DNA from: Mizuhopecten yessoensis
Taxonomy: Eukaryota
Length of the DNA stretch: 64,000 nt
Direction: 5' to 3'
Assembly (NCBI RefSeq): GCF_002113885.1
Contig: NW_018408551.1
Location: 1,017,206-1,081,205, forward strand
Shown one piece after another: positions 10,963 to 24,287 of the stretch. Both the position numbers and the translations under genes were made by a program. Numbering within the stretch: position 1 is the stretch's first letter; each line of letters begins with the position of its first letter. The notes below the pieces were generated by a model. The model did no database searches, was not told the origin of the DNA, and saw only the letters and a list, made by a program, of their open reading frames with translations.

Positions 10963-12289
10963 ATAATGTATTTTCATGTTATTTATTTTTACATAATGAA
11001 TTTTCCCATTGAACCCCTTATTGTATTCTTATACATAATAATTAATAATATAACTTCTGACTACCATATTCCATTTTCTCTTGGAGATACATCAATAAAC
11101 TTTCTAATGACGTGTAATGAAAATTATGCCCTAGCATAAAACTACTAATACATTGTATAACGGCCTATACAAAATCAACAGCATGTTCAAATTGCATTTA
11201 TATTAACTTATTAAGCAGGTTCTTGTTATCAAGCAGGTTTTTGTTATATCTAAGAAAGTGTTTGTGGGAAAAAACCGATACAAAACAAAATAAAATCGAA
11301 AAAGGTAGGGCCAAATCATTGTCGGAACTACCCGTATTGACCTAAGGCCAGTCAGTAAAGAGTCTGTCTAAGGTGTCTATGATTCACGAGATTGCACTCA
11401 AGGTATGCTCTGTTTTTTGCCAATGATTTGTTTTGTTGCGTGATACGTCTGAAAGCACACGTAAGACATTAGACTTCTCAAAGTAACATCAGTATAGGCT
11501 AGGACGGAGGAAATCCCTCGACCAGATGTCCAGTTCGGTAGGATCGGCGAGCTTTCTATTATAGCAATGCGTCAGTGTTCACTGCTCGATCTTCGAGCTT
11601 GTCTGAAGAAAAAAGAAACCACGCTCATAGCCTTTTGAAACGTTCTATAATCAATAGGTTATGCTTTGCAACATATTTCTTTAGAAATTCTTAATCAATT
11701 TCCTATTTGTAACAGATGCCAATCAGTGCATTCTTAAGAAAATATGTTGAGCAATAAGACAAATGTAACATATATATGTATATATTTACATTTGCATGGC
11801 ATTGTCACCATATAGCCTCTTTGAAAGCTGTGTCGTTGATGGGACTTTAATTACCATGCAGCACGAGACACAATTCTTTGCGTTTTAATACAACACTGAC
11901 CGGACCTACAATATCCAATGTAAATAAACACGACGGCTGCTGAAATATAGACTTGACAATGTCATTGTAAATTTACGTTCAAAATAAAAAATAAGATAAA
12001 AAAACTTTTATTACAACTGAAACAAGACCAAGGTCTGCAATATCGTACAAAGTGCACATCGGTTGAAATCACCAATGGAAACAATGTTGCCGCTCATGTA
12101 ATTTATCAGAAATATCGTCTGTTACACTGCACTGATCAACAGGGATTCGTTAAAAATGTCTGAAATACACATATTCTATAGACCTACTGACACATATGAT
12201 ACAGAACTACTGATATGAGTCACAGCACACATAAACATTTCAGAAATGTGTAACGAACCCCTGTGCTCCGATCACTCACTTCAAACGCT

Positions 12290-12640
12290 ATCAGTTTCAC
12301 GCGTCTCGCAGCCACGGTTTCCACAGTTTCTGACGGCATGTCAAATAACGAGGCTGTTATAGAATCTACCGACTGTAGTCAGATTCAAATACAATCAACA
12401 AATAAATTCACGTCTGGATTCTTCACAAAATGAGCAAAGAGACAGTTCGAATTAACTTCCAAAAATAACTCTCTCGTGGAGAGCAGGGTCGGATTTACGG
12501 TGTTCACTGTATTTATCCATGCGCGAAATTTGTTCCGGGGAAAAATCGAAACAATTTCAAAACTAACTTTCAGCCCAGACATCTATTGATAAACTTAAAT
12601 CACCCTATAGACATAGCATACGCAATTGTATTGATACAGA
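12290..12640 (-). pseudogene. Decayed THAP-domain-like coding remnant, probably from a DNA transposon
   Basis: Translation shows FP..R.WI..V, a C..AHF-like segment and downstream DSITASLF (AVP.LF-like) in THAP order; stops and frameshifts present. Confidence 0.4.
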
Positions 12641-13049
12641 ATTGTGGAATAAAATTGAAGTTTTTGTTAAAATTTCAAAGTACTACTTTGTTTGCCAATC
12701 AGCACGCGACAAACCCCTGTTCCAACTATTGAACGAATGCGTGTGGACTGTCGATATGGCGGGAATTTTAAATTTTAAATAGAAATTGTAAGTTAAAAAA
12801 GAACATTAGAGGCAGAGAAAACGTAAATATAAGTATTGAACTGTTTTTGTATGGTATTTATGATCTAGCGCGCATTATTTTGTTTGCTTTGCAAAGCTGT
12901 TTCATTCAAATAGATCATAATTACCATACAAAAACAGTTCAATGCTTAAGTATAACAGGGTCTCAATACGTTGATACGTATCACATTGTATACTATTGTA
13001 TCGATATAGTTACACGTTTAATATCAATATCTTGACAGTTAATTTGTCA

Positions 13050-13528
13050 GATACGCATTATACCAATGTATCAATGTTAGATATGTATTATACCAATGTA
13101 TCAATGTTAGATACGTCTTATATCAATGTATCAATGTTAGATACGTGTTATACCAATGTATCTATGTTAAATATGTATTATACCAATGTATCATTGTTAG
13201 ATATGTATTATACCAATGAATCTATGTTATATATGTATTATACCAATGTATCAATGTTTTGATACGTGTTATACCAATGTATCAATGTTAGATATGTATT
13301 ATACCAATGTATCAATGTTAGATATGTATTACACCAATGTATCAATGTTAGATATGTATTATACTAATGTATCAATGTTAGAGACGTGTTATACCAATGT
13401 TTCTATGTTAGATATGTATTACACCAATGTATCTATGTTAGATATGTATTATACCAATGTATCAATGTTAGATACGTGTTATACCAATGTATCAATGTTA
13501 GATATGTATTCTACCAATGTATCAATAT
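13050..13528. repeat. Minisatellite, 30-bp unit x~16, with decayed copies extending to ~12960 and ~13690
   Basis: Unit gata(t/c)gt(a/g)ttataccaatgtatcaatgtta. Confidence 0.97.
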
Positions 13529-15883
13529 GAAAGAAACGTGTTACACTTATGTATCAGTAAGTCATATACGTATTATACTTGTAGGTATCAGTAAGTTAGA
13601 TACAAACTGTACCGATGTATCAATATGTCAGACACGTATTGTAGCAATGCATCAATAAGTTAAATGATACTCTACCAATGCATCGGTACCCTTTACACTG
13701 CGCCACCCGACCACCTCAATAATTCTGAAAACCGGTGAACATATAGGATAGAAAAGGTCAAATGATGCTATGCACACGACATAGCTAATTGTCAAAGCAT
13801 GTCAGAAAAAAATCTTTGTATCTATTAATCAAAAGATAAGATACTTATATCATGCTTTTTACGTGTATTTATGGGTCCATAAAGCAGCATGCACTTTTAT
13901 ATAAGCCTGTTTCTCGATTGTCAATGTTAATATTCTTCCATATGTCTGTCGTTAGGGTGAGCACCTATATACCATTATTTTATTTTAAACATTCTCATCA
14001 CTTCCAGCGGTGTATTTCCGGTTGTATCTAGCGATTCCCGGAGGTACATTTCCATTGATACCGAAGAAGCAGCATCTCGATCTTCAGATGTCAGAAACTA
14101 GGGTAAATGGAACCTTTCTTTGAAAAGGGTGTCATTATATTTTTTAGCCTTACCTGTGCATACATTTTGAAGCTACAGTTATTTTTTTTAAGTTTGGTAA
14201 TACGAGAGGGAAATCTCACAAGTGGTTTTCAGAAATTTCGATGGCCATTATGCATCAAATCCAGAATACATGTCATTACTTGAGATTTTGACAAAACTGT
14301 AGATTTTACAATTCGTAATACATTTGTTTAAACCTTATCATGGTGGTCTTGAAACAGCGAGGGAAGAGAAAACACAAATGCATTGATATAAGTAGTATGT
14401 AAATAGCCTCTGAAAAGATATACCTATTCACAATGTCACTGATTTATCCTTACGCAAACAGAAAGTAATCCGTGGAGTGTTTATTCTGTCGGTCACGTCC
14501 GAGGGACACCCGTCATTGAAATGCAACATATTCTGAAAATCAAGTAGTATCGAGGAGTGAGGACAAACACAGGAGCTGTGAAATCTCTACAATCGTATTG
14601 CCTTTTTAAGAGATTTCATCAAAAGCTAGCGACTAGCAAATATTTGGCACAGATTTTAAGTTAATATTTAACCTTTTTCAACAGACTAACGGCGATGTTT
14701 GCTTTTCATTACCCTTAAGACGCAAGTGAAAGTGCATGATATGAAGTGACACCGAGTCATAGATATTTTGTATTGTTAACTTAAAATTTACTGTCTGTTC
14801 TTTTTTCAAAATTTGACTGAAACCGGCATTTAATTATTACCATCTCAGCTGTAATTCTCTCGACTGAAGCGCGCCGGGTTTTGAAATGGAATCAAGAGGA
14901 AGGATGAAATGTATATGTCTGTAGACTTACGAAGGCGTTAAGATCACCAAGCTTACCCCGCGTGTTGTCGGGGTTAGTTTAGAATTTCTGTACCAATACC
15001 ACCACACGGTGGGAATTGAATAGCAATATACTCATACCCACACTAAATTAAACTGCTAATGATTCTAAAAGTGGAAATTACCCTGAATAGAGAAACCACT
15101 TCAACTTTTTAACGCAAGAAAAAGTCAAGAAATGAAAATATTTAATTTATTGACGTTTGACGAAATGTTTTGTTCGAAATAGTTTACATTTTAAAATAAG
15201 TCAACATTTCGTCTTCACAAAACTGGGGCTTCGTGTGAGATTGAATTGTTATGTCAATTAATGTATTCAAAAAAGTTTAAATTTCTTTATTGTAATCCAT
15301 CAGATCATCATGAACATGCGAAAATACGGCTACGGAAACGAGAACATCTGTACGACGTTACTGTCTGTGTGTGTCGCCATTCATGGCCCCGCGACTCTGT
15401 CAACAGTCATTATTCCCCCTTTCTGTGTTGAAGAGTTGTCCCCGCAGTGTGGTGTATTTATTCAGAGAAACTCTTCGGTGATATTCCATTTGCCAATATT
15501 TGTTTCTATATAAGATGTGAGGCCCCGTGATACTCTCACAGGTGTAGGGTCCCGATATCACCCCAACACAGCTGGTACGAGCTCCGGGCAGTGAGTTTGT
15601 ACTGAAAACCTGGGTCGGTAGACGAGGACAGCAATAGTTATTATAACCATTAGGAGTGTCTAAACAACATGATTTACTTGCCAAAAACATTATAAAAATG
15701 TCTTCATCATTCAGCTACGGACGTCCATGTGGTTCATCTTCATGAGCATTAGAAGATATACAGATTCAATCCCTACATCATGAACCACTTTCGGAAATGA
15801 TAAAAGTCCACTAGTGTTGGTCCAGACGAGTCGGCAGTTTAACTAAGATTAAGGATATGGTCAAAAGTGTAAAAGAAATAGAC

Positions 15884-16100
15884 TTGTCCCGGAAACAACA
15901 TGATACATTACTGTAGTTTGTTTCCGAGAACACCGTATATGATATACACTGAACATTCTAATTCTCGGGAACAACAAGATAATATTTAGTTTGTTTACCG
16001 AAAACAAGAGTTTATTATTTAAACTGGTTCCCGTGAACGAAAGTGTATGATCTAGATTTCTTCCCGTGAAAGATTCGTTTTTTGGCTCTTTCTCAGGAAT
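15884..16100. repeat. Array of 7 short palindromic cores (gTTCCCGNGAAc-like) at ~33-bp spacing with divergent spacers
   Basis: Cores at ~15886, 15920, 15961, 15994, 16027, 16060 and 16089. Confidence 0.6.
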
Positions 16101-19100
16101 CCATGGATACAAGTATATAATCTATAGTCTGCTTCCGGTCGGTTTAAGGCCTCCCACTCAATATTTTTTCACGAAAAAGTCATTGTTAAATGTATCCACA
16201 ATATTCACTTTGCAAAACAACCTGACGTTCCTATTTCACGGTATGAAGGCGATGGAATGTACCTTCCACGGAATAGTTGTTTGTGTTGGGATGTGAGGGA
16301 TGGTATGAAGCTGTCCTATGTCTAACTGTCAGTGTCATTGGCTACTTCGGAGGTCAATTGACCACGGCACTGACTGGACATCGCAAACGTGGTCAATTTG
16401 ACGCGCTAATGACCATGTAATTACCTTGTCACATCCTGCCAACACCTCGGACACACATCGCTTGACTACAACGAAATGGAATTTTTATCTAGCATTGTCA
16501 ACTTAACCATATATTTATTAAAGAATGTTTTACGTTCTTTTGTATAATGTTATTGTATTTTCATATTGATATACTCGGCAAATTAAGATTTTCTGATGCG
16601 TATATTTTTTTTTTTTAAATAATTTTGGAATAAAAATAATTCTTATTTCATATAAAAGTGTAGATTTAAGTACACGCGAATTGTTGTTAAGTTGTCCATC
16701 GCTTGTAAAGGGTACAGGAAGGTAGGACGGGAGAGAAATAGAAATTGGTTTAATATACAGGTACTCATTGACAGAGCTCAAATTTAACTTTAAAGAAATA
16801 ATATAAGTGTTAAAACGTCTAGCTTTATGGCATTTAATGTTACCATAATTGACATTTCCACCAGACCCGTTTAACAGTTGGCGTCTCAGATACGGTCAGC
16901 CAGTCGAGTGTGGAATCAGTGTGTTAGGGGACAGATTTGTATAAATTAACTCATTTAATAGCATGTTTCAAGGTCACTTTCTACATGAAGCTAAAGCAAT
17001 TCACACATTTTTTGTGACCTAGGGGGAAATCTAGTTTATTCAAAATCTACAACAGTTCAAATAGCATATTTTTTTTTGTACACTGTATAACACAGCAGAT
17101 ATGTATATGTCAATTAAATTTGACTGTTAAATGCATACTGCTGTACGTAAGCAGAATGTCTTAAACTTGCAGTATTAAACCAAGGAATTTGTACATTATG
17201 AACAAAAATGCGTGAAAACGTAAGTTTTGGTAAATAAATTAATACACGATGTTCGCAGACACAGAATTATACTCAACTACCAGAAAAACGAAGAAAGTAA
17301 AGCTAGAACTACAGTGGAAACTATCATTTTATCATCTCTTAATAAGGTCGAATGCTACTTAGCATGAGACTTTAAACTCTCCTCTTCCTTTCGTCTAAAC
17401 TCGTAGACTCCATCTTGAAATTAAACTGCTAGTAAAAATAAGATAGTTGAAAGAAAGAAAGGTTTAATTCCGTTGTTTTTGTTGTGTTTGGAAAAAGACC
17501 AAATTGAAATATCGTGAAGCAAAATTGTCACAATGTGAATTCTTTATAAAACCCTGCATGTTGTCAGATATTTTCTCCATCACCTATATGCACCACAGGT
17601 AGTAAAACCAGGTGCTTTCCAGTCCTACAGAACCCATCTCCATATCTCTATGTATTGATTTGATTCCCCGTGCTTTTTGAAAGCGTAACAGTGAGAAAAA
17701 ACAGTTTTCAAACAAACTCACATTTAGCATTTCCGGTTTTTATATTCATCAAAGTGGAGAATGGTTTCAAAAATAGGATTTTTGTAATTATAGATCCTTT
17801 GATAAGTTGTGAAGTGGTTAAACAGTCACGTTAAGTTGTACTAGACAACCCCTCTCAATATGTATACAGCGTTTAAAATTGACTCTTTTACACGGTTTCA
17901 TAATTCTATAGTAAATCGGGTTGATTTTTAAGGACTTTGTGTACATAAGACTTTTAAAATCTCGATACATTTGTTGTAATAAACTTTTAACATATTACAA
18001 AAGGCTTTTATCCACCGTGATGTATATTTGTTTAATTACATATTCAGAATTCATTGTTTACTTATCGTTATTCTATAAATGAACATTACATTTTTTTTAC
18101 CTTTTTCATTGTTGTATGACTTTGATTTTTTGCCATATGAAAGTTTGATTTAGATACCTCAATGTTTGTCGTGATTTTTGTAATAGAACTTTCAGTTTAA
18201 GTGAACCCCATTAAATTAGAGTTGGTGAGACTATGAACAAAGACAATTATAACAAATATAGGGCTTAACATTTAACTGGAAAGAAATCAATGAATACGTA
18301 TTTGGATATTAGCTTTTAATTTTCTACTTCAATTTTAAACTGTCAAAACTGTTCAGATTAAATCCAGTTTGATTTGTTCGGTAACTCAGCTTATCTAAGT
18401 TACTCCGAGTTCATGAGAACGAAAGCATTGGATCAAGGGACAGCAAATCCTCTCTCCATTCCTTTTATATGTTAACGTTTGAAACAGATATGCCGATATG
18501 CTGTCGTCACATTTCTGTGGTGGATGCTCGTCTTCAATTGACTCAACAAGAAGTATGAAGATAAAATGTCATCAGACAAGCTGTTCATTTAACAAGGTAT
18601 GTCCAGATTAAAATTCTGCGATACATATCAGAGATGTCACATGCAAAGAAGTTAATTGAGAAAGTATTGCTGTCGTTCAGAATAGTTAGCACTCTTTGTC
18701 CGCATGATCATATCTTCTGGCATGGGATACTGATAACGCCGTCAGCGAGATTTGATGAAGAAATTAGCCAATGAGATAACATCGTATACTCATCCGCGGG
18801 GTATTTGTACAAGTCTCGCGATAGTTTCGCGTGAATGTGATTTCTATTTCGACAGTTTGACTATCCATAGAATATGAGATATATATAAGTGACTTTGTTG
18901 ACAGATCAAGTTAAATAAACAGCCCTTCCTCTACTTGGAGGGTCCAAGGTTTGGCAGCCAGAAAGATGACATTTTGGACAATGGTTAACACAATAGGAGG
19001 CTCGGACATTTGACCTGTAATGACTTCTTCTACGGGCGTCAGATTTCTGGAGATACAACAAAAATGTACAGAGTCATGGTGTGGACAGACGGATGGAGTT

Positions 19101-19184
19101 CGACACTTACGGCAAATTTAGTCGGGTGAATTCAAAATATTACAGTTTTATCTTAAACTGAAATTCTTTACAGACTCATGATAC

Positions 19185-19216
19185 CAGAGACGTATATTGT
19201 AATGTATACGTCTCTG
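19185..19216. mobile_element. 32-bp palindromic micro-MITE with 7-bp TSD
   Basis: cagagacgtata-ttgtaatg-tatacgtctctg (perfect 12-bp arms), flanked by ATGATAC at 19178-19184 and 19217-19223. Confidence 0.8.
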
Positions 19217-19260
19217 ATGATACTCACTATATGATATAGCATACTTATACTCTTTATTTA

Positions 19261-20885
19261 ACCTGTACATCAGTTTGATACTATACGATAACACTAGACA
19301 TAAACTGTACATCAGTTAGGCACCGTACGATTACACTAGACATAAACTATACCTCATGTCGGTACTGTATGATTACACTAGACAAACTGCATGGCAGTAC
19401 GGTACTACATGATTACACTAGATATTAACTGTTCAACAGTTCGGTACTATACAATTACACCAGACATAAAATGTACACCAGTTCGATACTATACGATAAC
19501 ACTAGACATAAACTGTACATCAGTTAGGTACCGTTCGATTACACTAGACATAAACTGTACAACAACTCGATACTATACGCTAACACTAGACATAAACTGT
19601 ACAAAAACTCGATACTATACGATTACACTAGACGTAAACTGTACAACAGTTCGGTACTATACGATTACACTAGACGTAAACTGTACAACAGTTCGGTACT
19701 ATACGATTACACTAGACGTAAACTGTACAACAGTTCGGTACTATACGATTACACTAGACATAATTATTAGATAAAACACGATTTCAATAGACATAAAAAT
19801 AACCTGCACTTTACGATTACACTAGAAATAGCATGTACAACAGTTCGGCGTTATATGATTACACTAGACATACACTATACCTCAGGACGGTACTGTATGA
19901 CTATACTAGACAACCTACATACATGTAGCAGTACGGTACTACATGATGACACTAGACATAAACTGTACAACAGTTCGGTACTATACGATTACACTAGACA
20001 TGAACTGTACACCAGTTCGATACAATACGATTACACTAGACACAAACTGTACACCAGTTGGATACTATACGATTACACTAGACGTAAACTGTACAACAGT
20101 TCGGTACTATACAATTACACCAGACATAAAATGTACACCAGTTCGATACTATACGATTCCACTAGACATAAACTATACCTCATGTCGGTACTGTATGATT
20201 ACACTAGACAAACTGCATGGCAGTACGGTACTACATGATTACACTAGATATTAACTGTTCAACAGTTCGGTACTATACAATTACACCAGACATAAAATGT
20301 ACACCAGTTCGATACTATACGATAACACTAGACATAAACTCTACATCAGTTAGGTACCGTACGATTACCCTAGACATAAACTGTACAATAGTTCTATACT
20401 ATACGATTACACTAGACACAAACTGTACACCAGTTGGATACTATACGATTACACTAGACGTAAACTGTACAACAGTTCGGTACTATACGATTACACTAGA
20501 CGTAAACTGTACAACAGTTCGGTACTATACGATTACACTAGACATAAACTATACCTCAGGTCGGTACTGTATGACTATACTAGACAACCTACATACATGT
20601 AGCAGTACGGTACTACATGATGACACTAGATATAAACTGTTCAACAGCTCGGTACTATACAATTACACCAGACATAAACTGTACACCAGTTCGATACTAT
20701 ACGATTACACTAGACATAAACTATACCTCAGGTCGGTACTGTATGATTACACTAGACAACCTGCATGGCAGTACGGTACTACATGATTACACTAGATATT
20801 AACTGTTCAACAGTTCGGTACTATACAATTACACCAGACATAAACTGTACAACAGTTCGGTACTATACAATTACACCAGACATAA
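19261..20885. repeat. Minisatellite, 42-bp unit x~38, with higher-order variant blocks
   Basis: Unit aactgtacaacagttcggtactatacgattacactagacata; the ctatacctca variant unit recurs at 19347, 19875, 20173, 20549 and 20721. Confidence 0.98.
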
Positions 20886-22119
20886 CCGGTACGTGATCAG
20901 GATTATACATACATTGTATATGAATCATAGGACACCTGTCCAGAACGTCTCTGTTTCAGTGCTGTAATCATAAGTCGGCATTACCGAGATGTCCCGGACT
21001 GTCAATGGGGTGCCGTGGATATATCGTGCCATCTCTCTGTATTAAAGGAATGATCTGTTTCTGTAGGATATCAAGCATGGCTGAATGACCGTTGATAAAA
21101 GTCTGATTCCCCTCTTCAATGTATTTATGATAATATGATAGATGGTTGTATGTATAGCTTATCCCACACAACAATGGTTAACAAAAAACCCACGCATTTC
21201 TCAATAATTGTATTACTAAATACGAAAGTTTAGCTTTTTTACCGTTATATTGTACCAATCCTCGACCTGCAGGTAAGCACGAGCTTACAGTCAATTAATT
21301 AAGGTAGGTAGCTACCACCTGTACGGGACTATTGTGACCAGGTGACGTTTGTCTCCAAACATTGGTATGATAGTGATCAGGCCTAGGTTTATCTCCGTAT
21401 GGCCCCTCCCGTGGCCAGACAGATTAGGGCAAAGACAGAATCACCGTCTCCGGCCCGGGAAAGTAGAATAACAAATGTATATAATTAGGATAAAAACGAT
21501 TGGTATGCAAGTTAAGAATTTCGAAAATTTTAAATGCAGAAAAATGCGAATTATCAATTTAAAGTTTTAAGGAATAATAGGCTTTGGAAAGCACGTTGAT
21601 TAAACCATTTGTTGAAATTCCGGAGACTCCATAGATACAGAGTTATAGAGGAAATAATGCTATGTTTGTATACAAACCCGAGGCAACGAATTTTTGAATT
21701 TTTGAATGGATGATTTAAGGCTTTTCGATTTTAGTACTGCAGTATAATAACATTGATTTGTTCCGGCTGCATATCTAGTTTGACCTGATATTATCTCAAA
21801 AACAGGAAGAGAAAAAAAATCTTGCTACAGATTTTTCTTTGTGTACAGACATTCGGTATAAAAGTTGTGGGTATAATATTGAAAATAGTAGACATTTTCA
21901 ATGTTACCCGGCTCGTTTTAAGGATTGTACATGCAAGAGTCACATTCCAAGAAATGCGTGCACGGGTTCAACTCAGTGGTCCCTTCAGATCAACTATGCC
22001 AATGAAAATGTTGATTTCACCTAACGATGACATATTTAAGCAGGACGTGTGTTGCCCTTGAAAACATAATATAACACTGTTTATATTGGTGATAAAATAA
22101 ATATTTGTGTTCCGTCAGA

Positions 22120-22400
22120 TACTGTAGAGTTGCTAAGTTTCGAGATTTCTTTTATAATATCGCTGTATCCGCTGTCACCAAAGATAGCGCAAAATTAAAA
22201 ACCCAGCGGATATTAACTTTGTACCATTTTTACTGTTGAATAATGATGATAAAACACTAGTTTAGTATCGTATTTTATATTAATTTGATAATAAACTTCA
22301 AAATAAAAATAAATACCATTAACCAAATGTTGCGCGAAACGATTCTCCGCGAAGTAGTAGTTCTGATCGGGACGACTGTGAAGTGGTTTACACCCCCCCC
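22120..22400. mobile_element. Degenerate TA-CTGTA-ended MITE (Tc1/mariner-type non-autonomous), right end lost at the gap
   Basis: Begins tactgtaga...tttcg and contains repeated cgcgaa/gcgcaaaattaaaaaccc motifs typical of this MITE class. Confidence 0.45.
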
Positions 22401-22411
22401 NNNNNNNNNNN
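22401..22411. other. Assembly gap (11 N) inside a poly-C tract
   Basis: N run flanked by C runs. Confidence 0.99.
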
Positions 22412-24287
22412 CCCCCCCCATATTGAATTATTCTTCAGCACTGACCGGTAATAAGGAATAGGGATTGGACTTACACAATAGACATGGTGGAAATTGACCA
22501 CTGATGATTTGCAAACATGCAGGTGTCAGGAAAATGTTGCGGTTTTACTTAAGTTATTTACAGTGACACGTGGACCTTGTCATAATGTATGTCCAGAACA
22601 CCTGTGAGTCTGACTTTACTTGTTAATGCACATTCCAAGAAAACCACAACTATCTTTAATGGATTTGACCTTGAGATGTAAATAAATCCGCTGGTCAAAC
22701 TTACATAAATGGTGGTCGGACAATGCATCGCCCTATACCCGATTTACACCCATACATACACTGACCACTCGCCCCCCGACAAAGACAGGTCACAAATTAA
22801 AGCTTGTCAGCTTGACCAGATATTTTGTACTTACTACAGACAAAATCTTGCTGTTTTCTATTTTGTAATTATAATTCAGAGCAATGCCTCTAATAAGGCA
22901 TACATTGGTTTAATACATACATGTGATTGCTTGTTAATAGCATACAGAAAGAAAAACCAATTATGAAGAGCTGATGATTTATTTACATCATTACAGAACA
23001 ACCGCGAAAATAATGGCACTAAAAAAATAAATAAAATAACAAAGCAATAATTTGTTCTGACTCTTTGTCACTATTACAAAGAATTTGAACAACATTCTCA
23101 TACAAAACATCGCCATTCGTATTAACAGAATTACATTGTTAGAAACAATACATCAGAAGAAAAAGTAAAGAGCCTCTTTTCCAGAAACAACGTCTGAACC
23201 CTGGATTTAATATATGCGTACAATCCATCTCATAGGTAACCCACTTTGTACAGGTGTCCATATAGGATTGGCTAGCTACTGGACATACCTTTAATTCACC
23301 ACGAAATAAAAAAATCTGGAAATTTGAGCTCAAATATAATAGTAGGAGAAACTTGATCAAGGCACTTGAAACACAAGTAGGTATCTACAAGTAGAAGTCC
23401 TTGGTCAAGGGTGGAATCCGGACTTATCTGACCGAACCGGCTTTGCCAATTAGAACGTTATTTCTGTTTAGGTTGCTGATAGTATACAAAGAGACTGCTA
23501 CATTGACAAGACGCTCCAAAGAGGGTAGTTACATATTTGTATATGAGGGGATAGGACAGCTTAATGCTGGGGTGATGTTTATTCGCAAGTTAGGACTAAA
23601 GTTCGTCGCTTGACCAGGAGCATAAGCGAAATATATATATATAATACAAACTGAAACCGTCAAAGATTTGATATTTTATGTCAAATTAAAAAAATAACGT
23701 TTTATTTTCATTAATTTACTGTTGACATCAGTTACTATTGTATCAATATTGTGATAATATTTTTTTTAGTAGATAATACGTTTAGTAATGTAAATTATGA
23801 TTTTGTCTGAATAAATAAGGAATCATTATACAACGGTGATAATATACCCCATAAATCTGGGCATTGATAACTACTTATCAATAATAATATAATACGAAAT
23901 CTGAACATACAAATGTATGTGGAAATCAGCTTGTTAATCACATACAAACAAGTATGCTACAAACACGTATAAATCAGCATATGCTACTAACAAGGATGAA
24001 TCAGAACTAACACTTACGTCCCAGTTATCATTACAAAAAAAACCCAGATTTAATTCAACATTTTATATCGAAGCAAACCTTTTACATGAACTGGATTTAG
24101 CCTGAATTTCCCAAACAAAACAAGGCCGACTTGTGGTACTTTTGTTAATGATTGTATAACACTGTGTTCTCGGGTTTTCGACCAAGGATGTTGTACTTAC
24201 TGTGCTGGGGTGCTCGGCCTAGGATGTTGTACAGTACTGTGCTATGCCACAACGAGTGACTGTTGTTCATCACATTTATCTAACTAG

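Noticed and set aside
12996-13658. YYTNVSMLD repeat ORFs
   Set aside because: Translation of a 30-bp minisatellite, broken by a 1-bp indel.
15884-16100. CRISPR array
   Set aside because: Cores are only ~11 bp and degenerate, there are no cas genes, and the context is a spliceosomal eukaryotic locus. Kept as a repeat finding instead.
18940-19137. Possible Helentron/HINE-like remnant (ggacagacggatgga and a terminal hairpin-like end)
   Set aside because: Too decayed to define termini from this window alone.
19391-20802. YYTITLDINC repeat ORFs
   Set aside because: Satellite translation with frequent frame changes at 40- and 46-bp variant units.
21941-22642. Identical 14-mer cacattccaagaaa (TEAD+STAT-like) at 21941 and 22629
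   Set aside because: One such match at this distance is compatible with chance in AT-rich DNA.
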